A DNA stretch of 64,000 nt from Sarea resinae. Taxonomy: Eukaryota. Of the stretch, positions 35,540-47,300 are shown piece by piece. The DNA lies in NCBI GenBank assembly GCA_026026165.1, contig JAPEUD010000032.1, positions 62,001-126,000 on the forward strand. Reading direction: 5' to 3'. The position numbers were made by a program, and so were the translations under genes. Under the pieces are notes generated by a model, which had not been told where the DNA came from, made no database searches, and saw only the letters and a list, made by a program, of their open reading frames with translations. Every line of letters begins with the position of its first letter. The first letter of the stretch is position 1.

Positions 35540-38261
35540 ATGTTTTTGCCACGGAGCCTGATCTCACACCTCTACCTCCACCTTCTCCGCTCTCATCATC
35601 CGCTCTCTCCGCCCGTCTTGATCCTCGTCGCCCTCGAGCCTGATGCCCTCTGCGCGTGCAGGATCTTGACCGCACTCCTCAAACGCGATTACATTCCCCA
35701 TAAGATACAACCGGTTTCCGGATATGGCGATCTTTCGAGAGCGGGAGAGGAATTGGTGCGGCCCATGCGGACCTCCGAGGGAGGCTCAGGCGGGGTCGTG
35801 GTATGCTTAGGTGTGGGTGGCCTTGTCGACCTTGGAGACATGCTGTCACTACAAGTTGGTAGGGACGAAGACATGGGCGGAGTTGAAGTATGGGTCCTGG
35901 ATGCCCGCCGACCTTGGAACTTGGGGAACGTATTTGGCGGACACAACACGCTGCCTTCAGCACTCGAAAACGATGGCGCTGCTCTTAGGGAACCCGGCGT
36001 GGACCGCGGTCAGATAATGCCGTCATACAAGCCTGGGAGAGGAGGCATCATAGTATTCGACGACGGCGACATCGAGGAGGAGCTAAGGACTGAAAGAGAA
36101 GCATATTGCGCCCTCGAATTGATGCCAGAAGCTGGCGATGATGACGAAGACGATGACGAGAGTGATGGCTCTGATACAGACAATGAAGACGATCAGACGA
36201 ACGGCAAGAAGAAACGCAAATCATGGTCGGACAGGGAAGAGGAGGAGAGTGATCCAGACGACGATAGACCTCGACAACGGAGGAGGAGCAATTCGGTAAG
36301 TTGTTACCAGATTTCTCGTATAACTATGTTCTGACTTCAGAACCAGTCAAATTCAATACCATCATCTCCAAGTCGTCCGCCACAACACGGCCTGACCTCA
36401 TCCTCAGCCGGTGTTGCAAACGCGTCAAATCCTTCGAGATCTCCCTCCCCTTCAAACCACGACTCCGAACAAGCACCTGCAGTAAAGCAACCGTCCGCCC
36501 GCACCCTCCGCCGCCGTCTCCATCGAATACGCCTCAAACACGAATCTGTCCTGCAAGCATACTATTCCCTTGGCGCTTCCTATTCAGAACCAGTTTCCTC
36601 CCTTGCATACTCGCTCGCCTCGGAACTTGGACGAGATGACAATGACCTCCTCTGGATGGCAATAGTAGGGGTTGGCAGTATGGAGCTATATGGCAGGAGT
36701 ACGACCGGGGTGGGTATATCGAATCTGGACGATACAGGTGGCTCCGCTGGATGGGGGGGAGAGAGGGGCGAGAGGATACGGCAGATTCTACGAGACGAAG
36801 TTCGTCGATTAAACCCCCCTGAACTATCAGACATTGGAAGAGATATAAATCGTGGTGAAGCTCAAGGCGTCATTCCTACTACCGCGCGATCCCCCACAGA
36901 CACCTCTATCCGCCTATCTCCTGAACCCAGATTCCTCCTCGTACGACACTGGAGTCTCTACGATAGCATGTTGCATTCCCCTTATCTGTCTGCGAAACTG
37001 CACATCTGGAGCGACGCCGGTCGAAAGCGACTACACAAGCTCCTGGCCAAGATGGGCGTCAGCTTAAGCCAATGCAAGCAGAGCTACACGCACATGGACA
37101 TGGAACTCAAACGCAATCTCCGCCAAAGTCTGCTCAAGTACGCGCCGGTCTATGGTCTCGACGGCCTGGTTCCACCGGCGGTGAGCGTACATCGCGGCAA
37201 AGAGGGATGGGGCTTCGTCCGAAGTTGGGGCTGGAAAGCTTGTCTGAGCTCGACGGACGTGGGCGTGATAGCGGGAGCGATTCTGGAGGTGGGCAAAGCC
37301 GGCTTCACCGGCCTGGAAAGTGCTGGATGGGACCAGGGATCGAGTCAGCGACGCGAATTGGTGGATGAAGAAGGCACGGCCGAGAGCGAGGAGTGGGTGG
37401 GCCGATTCTGGGAGGCCTACGACGCGCTCGAGAAGTACATATCCCTTTGCTGTCTTGCTTGATTTTTCCAATTAGCTAACTCTTTTCTCTGATAGTATCG
37501 ACGCGCTCAAATCTGCCCTTCCGACGGCAATGCATCTACACCGCGCGATCCTGCGCACGGGCACCTCGCTGATCGAAAAACGCCAGATCCGCCACCTGCG
37601 CGCGTTCCGCATGGCGGTGGTCAAGGAAGGCCCTGACGTGCAATTGTTCACGCATCCGGCGGCGCTGACGAAACTGGCGCTGTGGCTGGGCGAGGCGATC
37701 GCGGAACAGGAGCGGGATCGAAAAGGGAAGTTGGGCGGGCCTAGGGGTCGAGGCACCCCACTGGTCGTGGCGGGCTTGAACGAGGCCAGGGGCGTGTACG
37801 TGGTTGTTGGCACGGGGGGCGGTGGAGGGGTGGTGGATGTCGTGGGACGGAGACGGAGTAGGGAGAAGAAGGCCGAGAAGGCCGAGGCTAGGAGCGCGAA
37901 GAGAGAGGAGAGGGAAAAGAAGAGAGTCGAGCGGGAGAAGAAGAGGAGAGAGAAAGCAAGGGATCATGATGGCGAAGACGAAGCTGAAGACCACGAGGCC
38001 GAGACCGAAACCGAAGCTTCTTCCTCTGACTCCTCCGACTCCGACTCCGACTCTGAAGACTCGGACGATGACGCCGACGCCGACCCGATCAGAAAACGCG
38101 GCATCGGCCTCAACCGCTTCGGCAACGCCTTCCAGGAAGTCGTCGACGACGCCAATGCCCGCGTCCGCATCGACTCGTTCGAGCACTGCGTCGTCGAGGT
38201 CAAGAAGGAAGATCTGGCCGGCTTTCTCGAGGGTTTGAGTCTGAAGAGCGTGGTGGGGTAG
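35540..38261 (+). CDS. CDC45: DNA replication initiation factor Cdc45
   Basis: MFLPRSLISHLY...LVALEPDALCACRIL, DARRPWNLGN, an acidic loop, FLLVRHWSLYDSM, LLAKMGVSL, NRFGNAF and RIDSFE. Introns at ~36296-36346 and ~37435-37494. Confidence 0.96.
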
Positions 38262-39099
38262 TCTCTGGTCGTTCAAGGGGAGAGTGGTTTTGCTCACCCC
38301 TTGGTAGAGAGCAGGTGGAGAGATACGATACGATACGATACGGGAGGGAGTCAGATCCTTCCCGGGCTTTGAACTTGGGTCTGGGGTTAGGGTTAGGGAT
38401 CCGGCTGGTGTGTACGGCTTGTGGCGTTTCTTGTACATCTGTTTCCGTTTGTGCATCTGTTTCTGTTTCTCTTTCTGTTTCTGCTTTTGTTTGCATTTGC
38501 GTCTGGTCATGTGGGCGTGTGGTCGTGTGGTTGTGTTATGTCATACCTTGAGTCGATTACTGCTTGTCTAGTCTAGTCTAGTCATGAATATCATATCTCA
38601 TCATGCCCTTGGGTTGACTGTCTGTCTCATTCATGCCCTTGCCTTTCTCGTCCTCGTCCTCGTCCTTGTGCTGGTCCGATTCTCCAGCCTTGACTGCACA
38701 ACGCCAAATTGATAGAGAGAGAAGAGTAAATGAGTAAGTAAGCGTGTTGACACCCCCTTTTTTTCTTGGCATTGTTCGTTCTACTTTTTTTTTTCTAAAA
38801 AAAGAAAAAACATAGGTTACTACTAGTGCCAGTGCCAGGAGTTCAGAACTAACTGGCTTTTTTCCCTGAGCGCGCATCACCTCCCTACGGAGTACACGAC
38901 CTGCTATCCACCGGGCCATCATCACCCACTACTGTATCCACCTCATACACACACTTGAAACTAAGGTCCTTGTATCTCTGTCCCTCGCGGGAGAAGTCCT
39001 CGGATCGGACCTTGGGTTCGGTGCTTGTGGCTACCTCCACTGTTATCTGTTGTTTCTCTCTTCACTTTATGGAGGCATGCGTAGATGAATGGACGGAAT

Positions 39100-39171
39100 C
39101 ATGAAAGGATGGATAGATAGACGGATGGATGGATGGATGGATGCGTTAGTGGGTGTTTAGGCGAGCGGGCC

Positions 39172-39204
<33 letters not shown>

Positions 39205-39525
39205 TGTGCACGCTATATACTAAGCCGTCATGGGGGAATCCAGCAGAATGACAGCAATCCGTCTCAAATGTCCGCCTTCGTTTCATTTCATTTCAGATAA
39301 AGGGGTTTCGAGCGAAATAATCAGGTCTCTAGCTTATCGTGTCTTTCTTCCAGGCTTGCTTGCTTGCTGTTCGGTTCCGGGCATGGAGACTCTTCTGGAA
39401 GTGAGACCTGACCTGACCTGACCTGATGGGCGGGGCCTGTCGTGTGGATGCGTTAATGAAATAGCGAGACGAGAGACCGAGCGGGACGCGATTGGATAGG
39501 ATAGGATAGGATAGGATAGGATGGG
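39100..39525. repeat. Microsatellite cluster: (GGAT)n, (GAT)n, (GACCT)n, (GGATA)n
   Basis: (GAT)~11 at 39171-39204, (ATGG)n at ~39125-39142 and (ATAGG)n at ~39495-39521. Confidence 0.9.
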
Positions 39526-40075
39526 ATGATCCTATGATCTGTTCTCGATTGACGAGGTTTTGAGTCTTCTGGCTTAGGTTCTGTGATATATTGGAGCAGA
39601 GACGGCACTAGAGAGGGGGGATTGAGATCATATTGAACGTTTGGAGGGGTAGAAAGTGTAGGTATGGTGATAATAGAAAGGTAGGGATAGTGATAGTAGG
39701 GAGGTAGGAAGATGGAAAGAGGACGATGATGCAGAGATCTAGAGATTGGTGTTGATGACGACGACTCCGAGGCCTCTGGATGCTTTGGGCGCAAAGCAAG
39801 GCTCTGAAAAGAAAGCGCACCAGGACATGGACGTGTGAGGCTTTCATTATTCAGTTGGTGGAATGACCTGTTCCTCTGCCGTCCACCTGTCCTGAATCCG
39901 TCCATCCATCCATTTGAAACGTCCATCTCTCTTAACTTATGTCCTCTCCGTGGCTTCGCCCATTTGGAGCCATGTTTCCAACTCCTGTCGATCCCTTCAT
40001 CTACGCTTGTATTCGCTTGGTCCTTTTAGACCTCCGGCCTCGCACTTTCCTCTCCCCTGTCCTATGTCTCTTGAT

Positions 40076-41113
40076 TTATGATGTCTCCGTCCTTTCATGT
40101 ATATGGGCTCGATTCAACAGTTCATTGCTGAGCATCCGCACAATCTCATCGTTTCCACGTATCTGTGCAGTCTGTACAATATCTTCCGTTATTGGTAGAT
40201 CAGCTCCTTTATAGTAAAGCATCCCTCGTATCATCCATTTTCCATGCACGTTCTGTGCGGCTGCCTTGACCACCCCTTCCGTGTTTGGAAGATCAGCTCC
40301 TCATCGATCAAGCAGCTGGCGCACTCAGTGCTGCCAATGGTCCAAATGGTCCGGTCCAAGGGTCTGGACCAGACCACTGGACCACTGGACCATCGACGGC
40401 ACTGGACGCATTATCTCTACTCCCGTGTAGAACTCCGTCACACGCCTCGACTAAACCCTCGTAAATGAGCCGGCGTTCATTGCAACTGCCAGCATAGACT
40501 CCTCGCTGATTGGAATCTCATCTCCTCGTCGGTCGAGAGGCAAACTGATTATCTCATTCCTTATCTTATTCCGAGCCGCGGTTTTGACTATCTCTTCCGG
40601 GATCGGAGCACCGAATCGAATGAGAAGGAAATCTATGACCTCATTTCCAGACGTGTTTTGTGCAGCTGCCCTCATCACGTTCGCAGTGATTGTCGTGTCA
40701 GGCTGTCTGTCAAGCAGCAGTACAATCGCGCCCTTTCCATGTGTGTTGCTCGCAGCTGCTATCATCGTCTCCTGTGTTATTGGTACACAAGCTTTTTGTC
40801 GCGAAAGAAGCAACTCGATCCCTTCGACATCCCAGTTCCTTGCAGCGGCCGCTAACAGCCATCCAGATGGCATGTCAGGCCCTAGTCGTTCAAGAAGCAG
40901 TCCAATAATTCCACTCAAATTATTATTGCCTGCAGCTGCCTCTATCACACCTTCAGTGATTGGTACATCAGCTCGTTGCTTGAAAATAATTTCTAACATC
41001 CCTTCGCCGCTCCGGTGACTCGCAGCTGCTTTTACCGCCTCTTCTGTTATTGGTAGATCAGCTCCTCGTCGGTCAAGCAGTAGGCTTAAAGTCTCTCTTC
41101 CGGCACACTCGTG
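40076..41113 (-). pseudogene. Detached 3' part of the NACHT/repeat gene (about 9 helical repeats)
   Basis: Continues the ITE-x-V-x-x-AA-x-N repeats in frame from the TSD (HECAGRETLSLLLDRRG). Carries in-frame stops at 40451-40453 (TAG) and 40301-40303 (TGA) plus the 79-bp insertion. Confidence 0.85.
40326..40404. mobile_element. 79-bp non-autonomous hAT mini-element (fused termini only)
   Basis: Begins CAGTGCTGCCAATGGTCCAAATGGTC, identical to the left end of the 41114 element, and ends GGACCATCGACGGCACTG. Flanked by GGCGCACT / GACGCATT (6/8 match, degenerate 8-bp TSD). Confidence 0.9.
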
Positions 41114-44100
41114 CAGTGCTGCCAATGGTCCAAATGGTCTGGTCCGGACCCTTGGACCAGACCACCTGGTGGTCCAAAGGGTCCGGACCATTTGGACCAT
41201 TTGGACCATTTGGACCACTGAGCTTACATAATCAGACGGTAAGTGGTACGTACCGAGCGGTGAATGATTCTGCCGTGGTACGTACCGGTACGTACCGCTC
41301 AATTAGGTACTGTGTTGCGGCAGAATCCTATGTGCCGAGGCAAATCCACTTCTAACATCACCTTTTACTCCTAATATGTGTATATCTTTAAGCAATTAGA
41401 TAACAACAACCATTAATGCTATAAAGCTATAATTTAAAACTCGTAATATTTAGATCTATCCCACTCTATATTTTTAACCATTTTTAATTATCTCCTAAAT
41501 TGAGTGAGACTGAAGCCTCCGCTTTTTTAGAAGTTATACAACTACTAAATCTTTAAAACTAGATAGATCAACAACGATAATTGCTATAGGCCTATAATTT
41601 AAAATATAAGCTCTTTTAAGCTATCTAATGTGTTAGTTTTAATTACAGCTAATTGCAATAGAAATTGGCTAATCCTGAGCCTCTGCAAGCTGTACCCTTT
41701 AAAACCTAGTATATTAGCTTTAAAATAATATATCTCTACAACTAATATTGCTATTAAATTAATATCTATAATTTAGACTCTTCTAGTAGTGTACTTAATG
41801 TATTAAAAGTGCGGTAGAATTAAATTAAAAGATAGTAGAGTTTACCCCCCCCCTTAAGTTACCCCTTTCTTTATAGATACTATCTTAAAAATTTCACATA
41901 ACTCAACAACGAATATTGCTAATGACCTAGGAATTGATTTGTAGACTAAATAGATAGTGCTAAAGAAGACACGCTAGTCAGAAGTAAAAAATTGTGGCCT
42001 ATTATTGCTCTGACCCCCCCCCCTCTATATGCTTATCCTTATTCAACTAATCTTTCAAACATTCAGTTGCGTTAATAGAAGCAACACTTAGAGAGTTTCT
42101 AGCATCAGTAATAGTATGCTTAGAAGAAGAAAAAAGCCTCTCAGTCTCAGCAGACATAGCAGGGATAGAGAGAATATCAATTGCTATTAGGTATAAACAA
42201 GGAAACATCTTTCTCTGTGTGCTTTCTAGCCACCACTCCTGTGCTTTTGTAACTTCTGAAATTGCAGGCATCTTACAATACCTCTCATACTTATCAACAG
42301 TGCTTGTCCTAGCCCTGTTCCGCTGCTTAAAAGCTTTAAGACCTCCTAGAGGTATAACAGATTCAATATCCTGTGCTTTAGGAATTGACACTGCTTTAGA
42401 CTTATAGTCTGTTTCCCAGAAAGTTTTCACCTTCTTCCTCAGGTCCACTAGCCACGTCTTAGGCTAGTTGTGCTCTATGTATTGCCACTTTAGAGCAGGA
42501 TCAAGAACTAAAGCTGCAATATAGATAGAAGTATTATTAGACTTGCTGTAATAATAATCAAGCTTTGCCTATGCTGTTTGAATGCAAGGATAGAGGAATT
42601 TGTCGGCCTTAAAGTCCTTTTTAGCTCTCTCACAATGGTCCAGAAGATAGTCTATAGATTGTAGAACAGTATTGACAGTTGAAGTCCTAGATTTAGAATC
42701 CTTTGTTGCTTCCTAGAATAGGTACAGGAAGTCCCTAATAGAGGCAAGCTTTTCCTAGTCCTAGAAGTGTATAACGTCTTGCTCAAGCTGTTTATGCTGG
42801 CCCTAGAATATCTGGATCCCTCTCCTAATATCAGGATCAAGAGCACTTTTCAACATAGTAAACTAAGAGTTCTAACGAGTTGCATTGTCTCTAGAGACAA
42901 GCTTGCCTCCTGAGACATGTCGAAATGATTGAATACGCTGAGGGGAACGTCTTATAAAGACAACGATATTGTGTAGGCGTCCTAAAGGTCCTAGCTTTCT
43001 CTAATTCTCAAGAAGTGTTGTAGTTTCTGCAGATTCTAAAACTGCTAATTCTTCGCCTTGAACTAGAGCCATAGCCTCTAGGTGTGTTTCAAATAGGAAA
43101 GCTTGTGCTGCAAGGTTGATAATATGTCCTAGACATCGAAGTCTATGCTAGATAGGGTTGTAGGTAATTTCTTCCAAGGTAAGGAGACTTGCAAGTGCTG
43201 AAAGCATAGTATCATTGTTTGACGCATTGTCTAGGACAAAGTAGCCTATCTTAGACATGATCTGATAGTCTTTTAAGACAGTATAGAACGTCTGAGCAAG
43301 GTTGGCTCCTGAATGATCCCCTTCTACCTCCTTTAGAGCAAGAACTGTGTATTGTAACCCCCCTTCTTCCCCTGTCAAATGCGCAGAAATTCCTATTAAA
43401 GACTTGTTGTTTAGGGAAGACCACATATCTACAGTGAAATGAATTGTTGACAATGCTGACTGTAAGGTTTGCTTGACTCTAAGCTGCTTATAGGCGTAGG
43501 TATCTTGGATTTTGCTAGATATTGTTGAATGTGACCTGATAATTGCAGCATTTGCTTCAGGGTTTAATGCCTCAATAAAGGCTCGAAATGCTGGCCATTC
43601 GACAATTGAGAAGGGTAAATTATGCCTTGTAATAAGGCAAATAAGCATCTGCTCTAGCGTTATAGAGTTAAGAGCTTCTTAAAAGATTGCTGTTGTTTGT
43701 TGTCTTTTTTTCCCCTTTTGCTGTTCCTTCCCCCTTCTTATAGCCTCTAGGATATCGGTATGGCTCCTCTTTAGTCTTTTCTCCTGCTCTGATCCTTGCT
43801 CAACAAGCCTGTGTATGCTTGCCAGGTGGTTCCGCGCCTTTGTTGTAGAATTGTAGGATTTTTGACAGTGGATACAACGCTACAATCTAGTCCCTCCTGA
43901 TGCTCTAAGAAGCTCTTCACCTTCGTCGTTTGGTATAGAGTGAGACCAGACCCAAGACGTTGCAGGCCTAGAAGATAGAGTTGCTGAGCTTTGACTCTGA
44001 GTCTCAAGCTGAAAAGGGGTAGGAGAAGATTCAATATCAAAAAGGGGTTCAAGGCTTAAAGCACTGCCTGGAGGGCTTGAAGGTAGTAAAGACATATTGA

Positions 44101-44355
44101 TTTCTGCTTGTAAAGAAGCCTAATAGCATAAGAAACTATAGAATAACAGCCGGAGTTGATAATATCTACAATTCAGGGTGTTTAGACCCCCCCCCCCCCT
44201 TTTTACCCCTTACTTCGCTAAAATTGCAAATGGTCCAAATGGTCCAAATGGTCCAAATGGTCCGCCCAGGACCCTTGGACCAGACCATTGGACCAGACCA
44301 TTTGGACCATTTGGACCATTTGGACCATTGGACCACTGGACCATCGACCGCACTG
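41114..44355 (-). mobile_element. hAT-superfamily DNA transposon (3242 bp), RIP-inactivated
   Basis: Perfect 8-bp TSD CACTCGTG (41106-41113 and 44356-44363). Imperfect 19-bp TIR CAGTGC(T/G)G(C/T)C(A/G)ATGGTCCA, subterminal 9-bp AAATGGTCC arrays, and an AT-rich interior encoding a transposase relic. Confidence 0.95.
42047..44095 (-). pseudogene. hAT transposase pseudogene (BED finger, DDE core, C-terminal dimerisation domain)
   Basis: SWVWSH...CIHC...HLASIH (BED finger), TVDMWSS, LDNASNN, RCLGHIINL, TR*NS*F (ancestral TRWNSWF; stops at 42872 and 42863) and ILSIPAMSAETERLFS. Many TAG/TAA stops. Confidence 0.93.
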
Positions 44356-47300
44356 CACTCGTGAGTAAAAAATGCCTCCACCACCTCTTCTGGGATTCGA
44401 GGATCAGCTCCTTCACAATCGTGAATCAAAGCTGCCTTAACCACCTCTTCTGTGACTGGAAGATCAGCTCCTTGTCGGTCAAGAAGCAGGGTCAATATCA
44501 TCGTTCCAGCAAAGCAGTTACTTGCAGCTGCCTTGACTACCTCCTCTGTAACAGGAATATTATTTGCTTGTCGGTCAAGCAGCAATCGTATTATTTGTTC
44601 TCCTGACCAACTCTGTGCGGCTGCCACCATGACGTCTTCCGTGATTAGCACTTCCGCCCCTCGTAGGTCGAGAAATAGCTCTATTAGCGCCTTCCCCTGT
44701 CTATAGTTGCGTGCAGCTTCTTTTACCACCTCCTCTGTGATTGGTATATCTCCTCGTTCGTCAAGAAGCAGCTCTACTACCTCCTTCCCGTATTGATAGT
44801 TGCGTACAGCTTCTGTCACCACCTCCTCTGTGATTGGTATGTCTGCTCGTTCATCAAGAAGCAGATCTAGAATTTCGGTCGCATCATAATTATAGTTACC
44901 TGCAGCTGCCTTTACCACCGCCGCCGTGATAGAGATATTTTTTCCTCGTTGGTCGAGCAACAGCGTTAAGATATTGATTGGGTTATGCCGGTTACTTGCG
45001 GCTGCCTTAATCACCTCCTCTGTAACAGGAATATCATTTGCTTGTTGGTCAAACAGCAATCTTATTATTAGTTCTCCCGACCAATTCTGTGCGGCTACCA
45101 CCATGACATCTTCCGTGATTTGCATTTCAGCTCCTCGTCGGTCAAGTAGCAGTCTTAGTATCTCTGTTCCAGTGTTGCTATTACTTGCGGCTGCTATTAC
45201 TACCTCCTCCGTGATAGGGATATCATTTCCTCCCCAGTCAAGAAGTAGGGTGAGGATAGAATCTCCATACTGATCTTGCGCAGCTTCCTTCACTACCGCT
45301 TCTGTGATCAGTATGTCCGCCTGTCGCTCGAGGAGTAGATTTGTTATCTCTGTCCCATTCGGATTCTTTGCAGCTGCGTTGAGGACCTTTGTGATAGCCC
45401 GAGCAAATTCAGTACTCCCCTCCCGATCGCTGTAGTCTAATGTCCAAGCACTCAACAAAATCTCCATAACGTCCTTAACGTTTGTTGTGATACCTGCTGC
45501 CACCATTTCAATGTCTGCGTTAGTAATTTGGCTAAATTTATGCACCAACTGCTTGACAATCTTTGTGTGACCTTGAATTGATGCTGCAACGATTGGGTTC
45601 CTTAGTTCGCCCCCTGCTCTGACCTCCACGCCTTCCTCGAGCAACTTCGATACACTACTTTGTAGACCCAGGAATGATGCATAGTAAAGTGGTTTGGGAA
45701 AATCGTCGATGTCAAGAGGATATAATCCTGCCGACAGGGGATCATCGCAGTTATATATCCGAAGCCAGTTGCAGTAACTGGTAGAATAGGTTGGACTGAA
45801 AATCTTATCGATCTGTTTCATCAAGTCTGGGAAGGCGGTAATGAAATTCGTCACTGGTTTGGCGTGTCGATACCAGAATGCCGAGGAATAATGGAGCCAT
45901 GGCATACTCATGACCACCTTCTCGGACAAATCCACGTCGTTGGTTTCGAGAAGACGTTCAAGAGAGGTTTGGGCAGCTGTAGCTTGAGCCACCATGTCTG
46001 AAAATTGATACCACTCGTGGCCAAGATGTGCTGTCGAGCGCTTCGAGATGAGATATTCCTTGACGGAGAAGTGCGCAAGCTTGATGATGATCATTGTCTT
46101 ATCCTCATCAGTATCCTCGTCTGTCTTGTCTTGAACCAGAGTGACCAGCATGCTCGTACAGATTTCCAAAACACTTTCTGGATGTGGAAGAGACACTAGT
46201 CCGGAGAGTTCCTCAAGTCGCAATGGTCGAAGTGCTGAGCTGAGGTATATGAGAATCAAACGTGCCGTCTCATGATCTCTCTCATCTATGTCTCCAAGTG
46301 TTCTTTGGTAAGTCGCCTCCAAAGATTTTGGCAGATTGTTCAAAGCGTGCCGAATTTGACTTTCGGTACGACATTTCCTAAGGCATTCAATTTGCAAAGC
46401 TGCCCAACGGAATCGGCTAGTCCTCAATTAACTCGCTGCTGATCTTTTGGGAACGAGGCTCACCTTTCTCCAGTTGCTGTAAGCTTTTCTTCGATTTCAG
46501 ATTTGATCTCGACTCCCCATCTGCTTAGCTTCTGGTCCTCCTCAATGGACTTCTGTACGTATAGTCTAACATCACCCTCTAGTGATCTCTCAATATCAAC
46601 GGTTGCGGTAGTGATAGAGCTCAACTTAGAAGCGATGTCGGGTTCTCGTCTACTTGTAGCCAGGATATGAACATTCTTTCTCCTTTGGCCTTCCCTGTGA
46701 AGAAGAATGTCGATCCAGCTGAATAATTTTTTTCGTTCTTCCCAGGGGCATTCGTCCAGAGCATCCATAGCAATATACACTTCCCCTCCAAGGCTAGCAA
46801 TGATCTCATCAAGAGCTTGGGTAAGCTCCTTCGGGCTCGGCTCGCTTCCGCATCTTTTGTGCTCCTCCCACAATCGATCGACAGCATTTGGAAGACTCAA
46901 TGTGCTGAGCTGCCTGATAAAAGACCGGATCATGTTTTGAATACTCCGCGTAGCTTCGTCATCAAATTGAAAGTACCAGAATACCAATCTATTTCTTGAA
47001 TCTTTGAGACACAACGCTCGCAGGTTTTCAATTGCGGTCGAGCTGATTTAAATATATGAGCATTGAATGGAACGTCTGGAAATGAAATGGTGATATTCAT
47101 ACCACAAGAATGTCTTTCCACACCCCGCTGATTACGCAGCTATTAGCGTTTTTGGAACTCATAGGCTTTTCGAAACTTACAAACTCCATTCAGCCACAAG
47201 AACTTATACGTTCCTGTGTTCAGCCAATGTTTGTATTCATACGAGTTGAGCAACCACTGTCCAGTATTATCTGTGCGATTCTCCTGCGAGCTGTTGTGTC

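Noticed and set aside
38383..38399. TTAGGG x2 telomere-like motif (similar CCCTAA-like bits near 9165 and 9680)
   Set aside because: Only two units inside generally low-complexity DNA; too short to call an interstitial telomere.
41114..41220. Short repeats with spacers resembling a CRISPR array
   Set aside because: Eukaryotic context, 9-bp tandem or inverted units, no unique spacers and no cas genes; explained as transposon ends.
44178..44606. Collagen-like GPNGPN/GPFGPF ORFs (also 41050-41355 and 44210-44416)
   Set aside because: They are translations of the 9-bp subterminal repeats of the hAT element, not genes.
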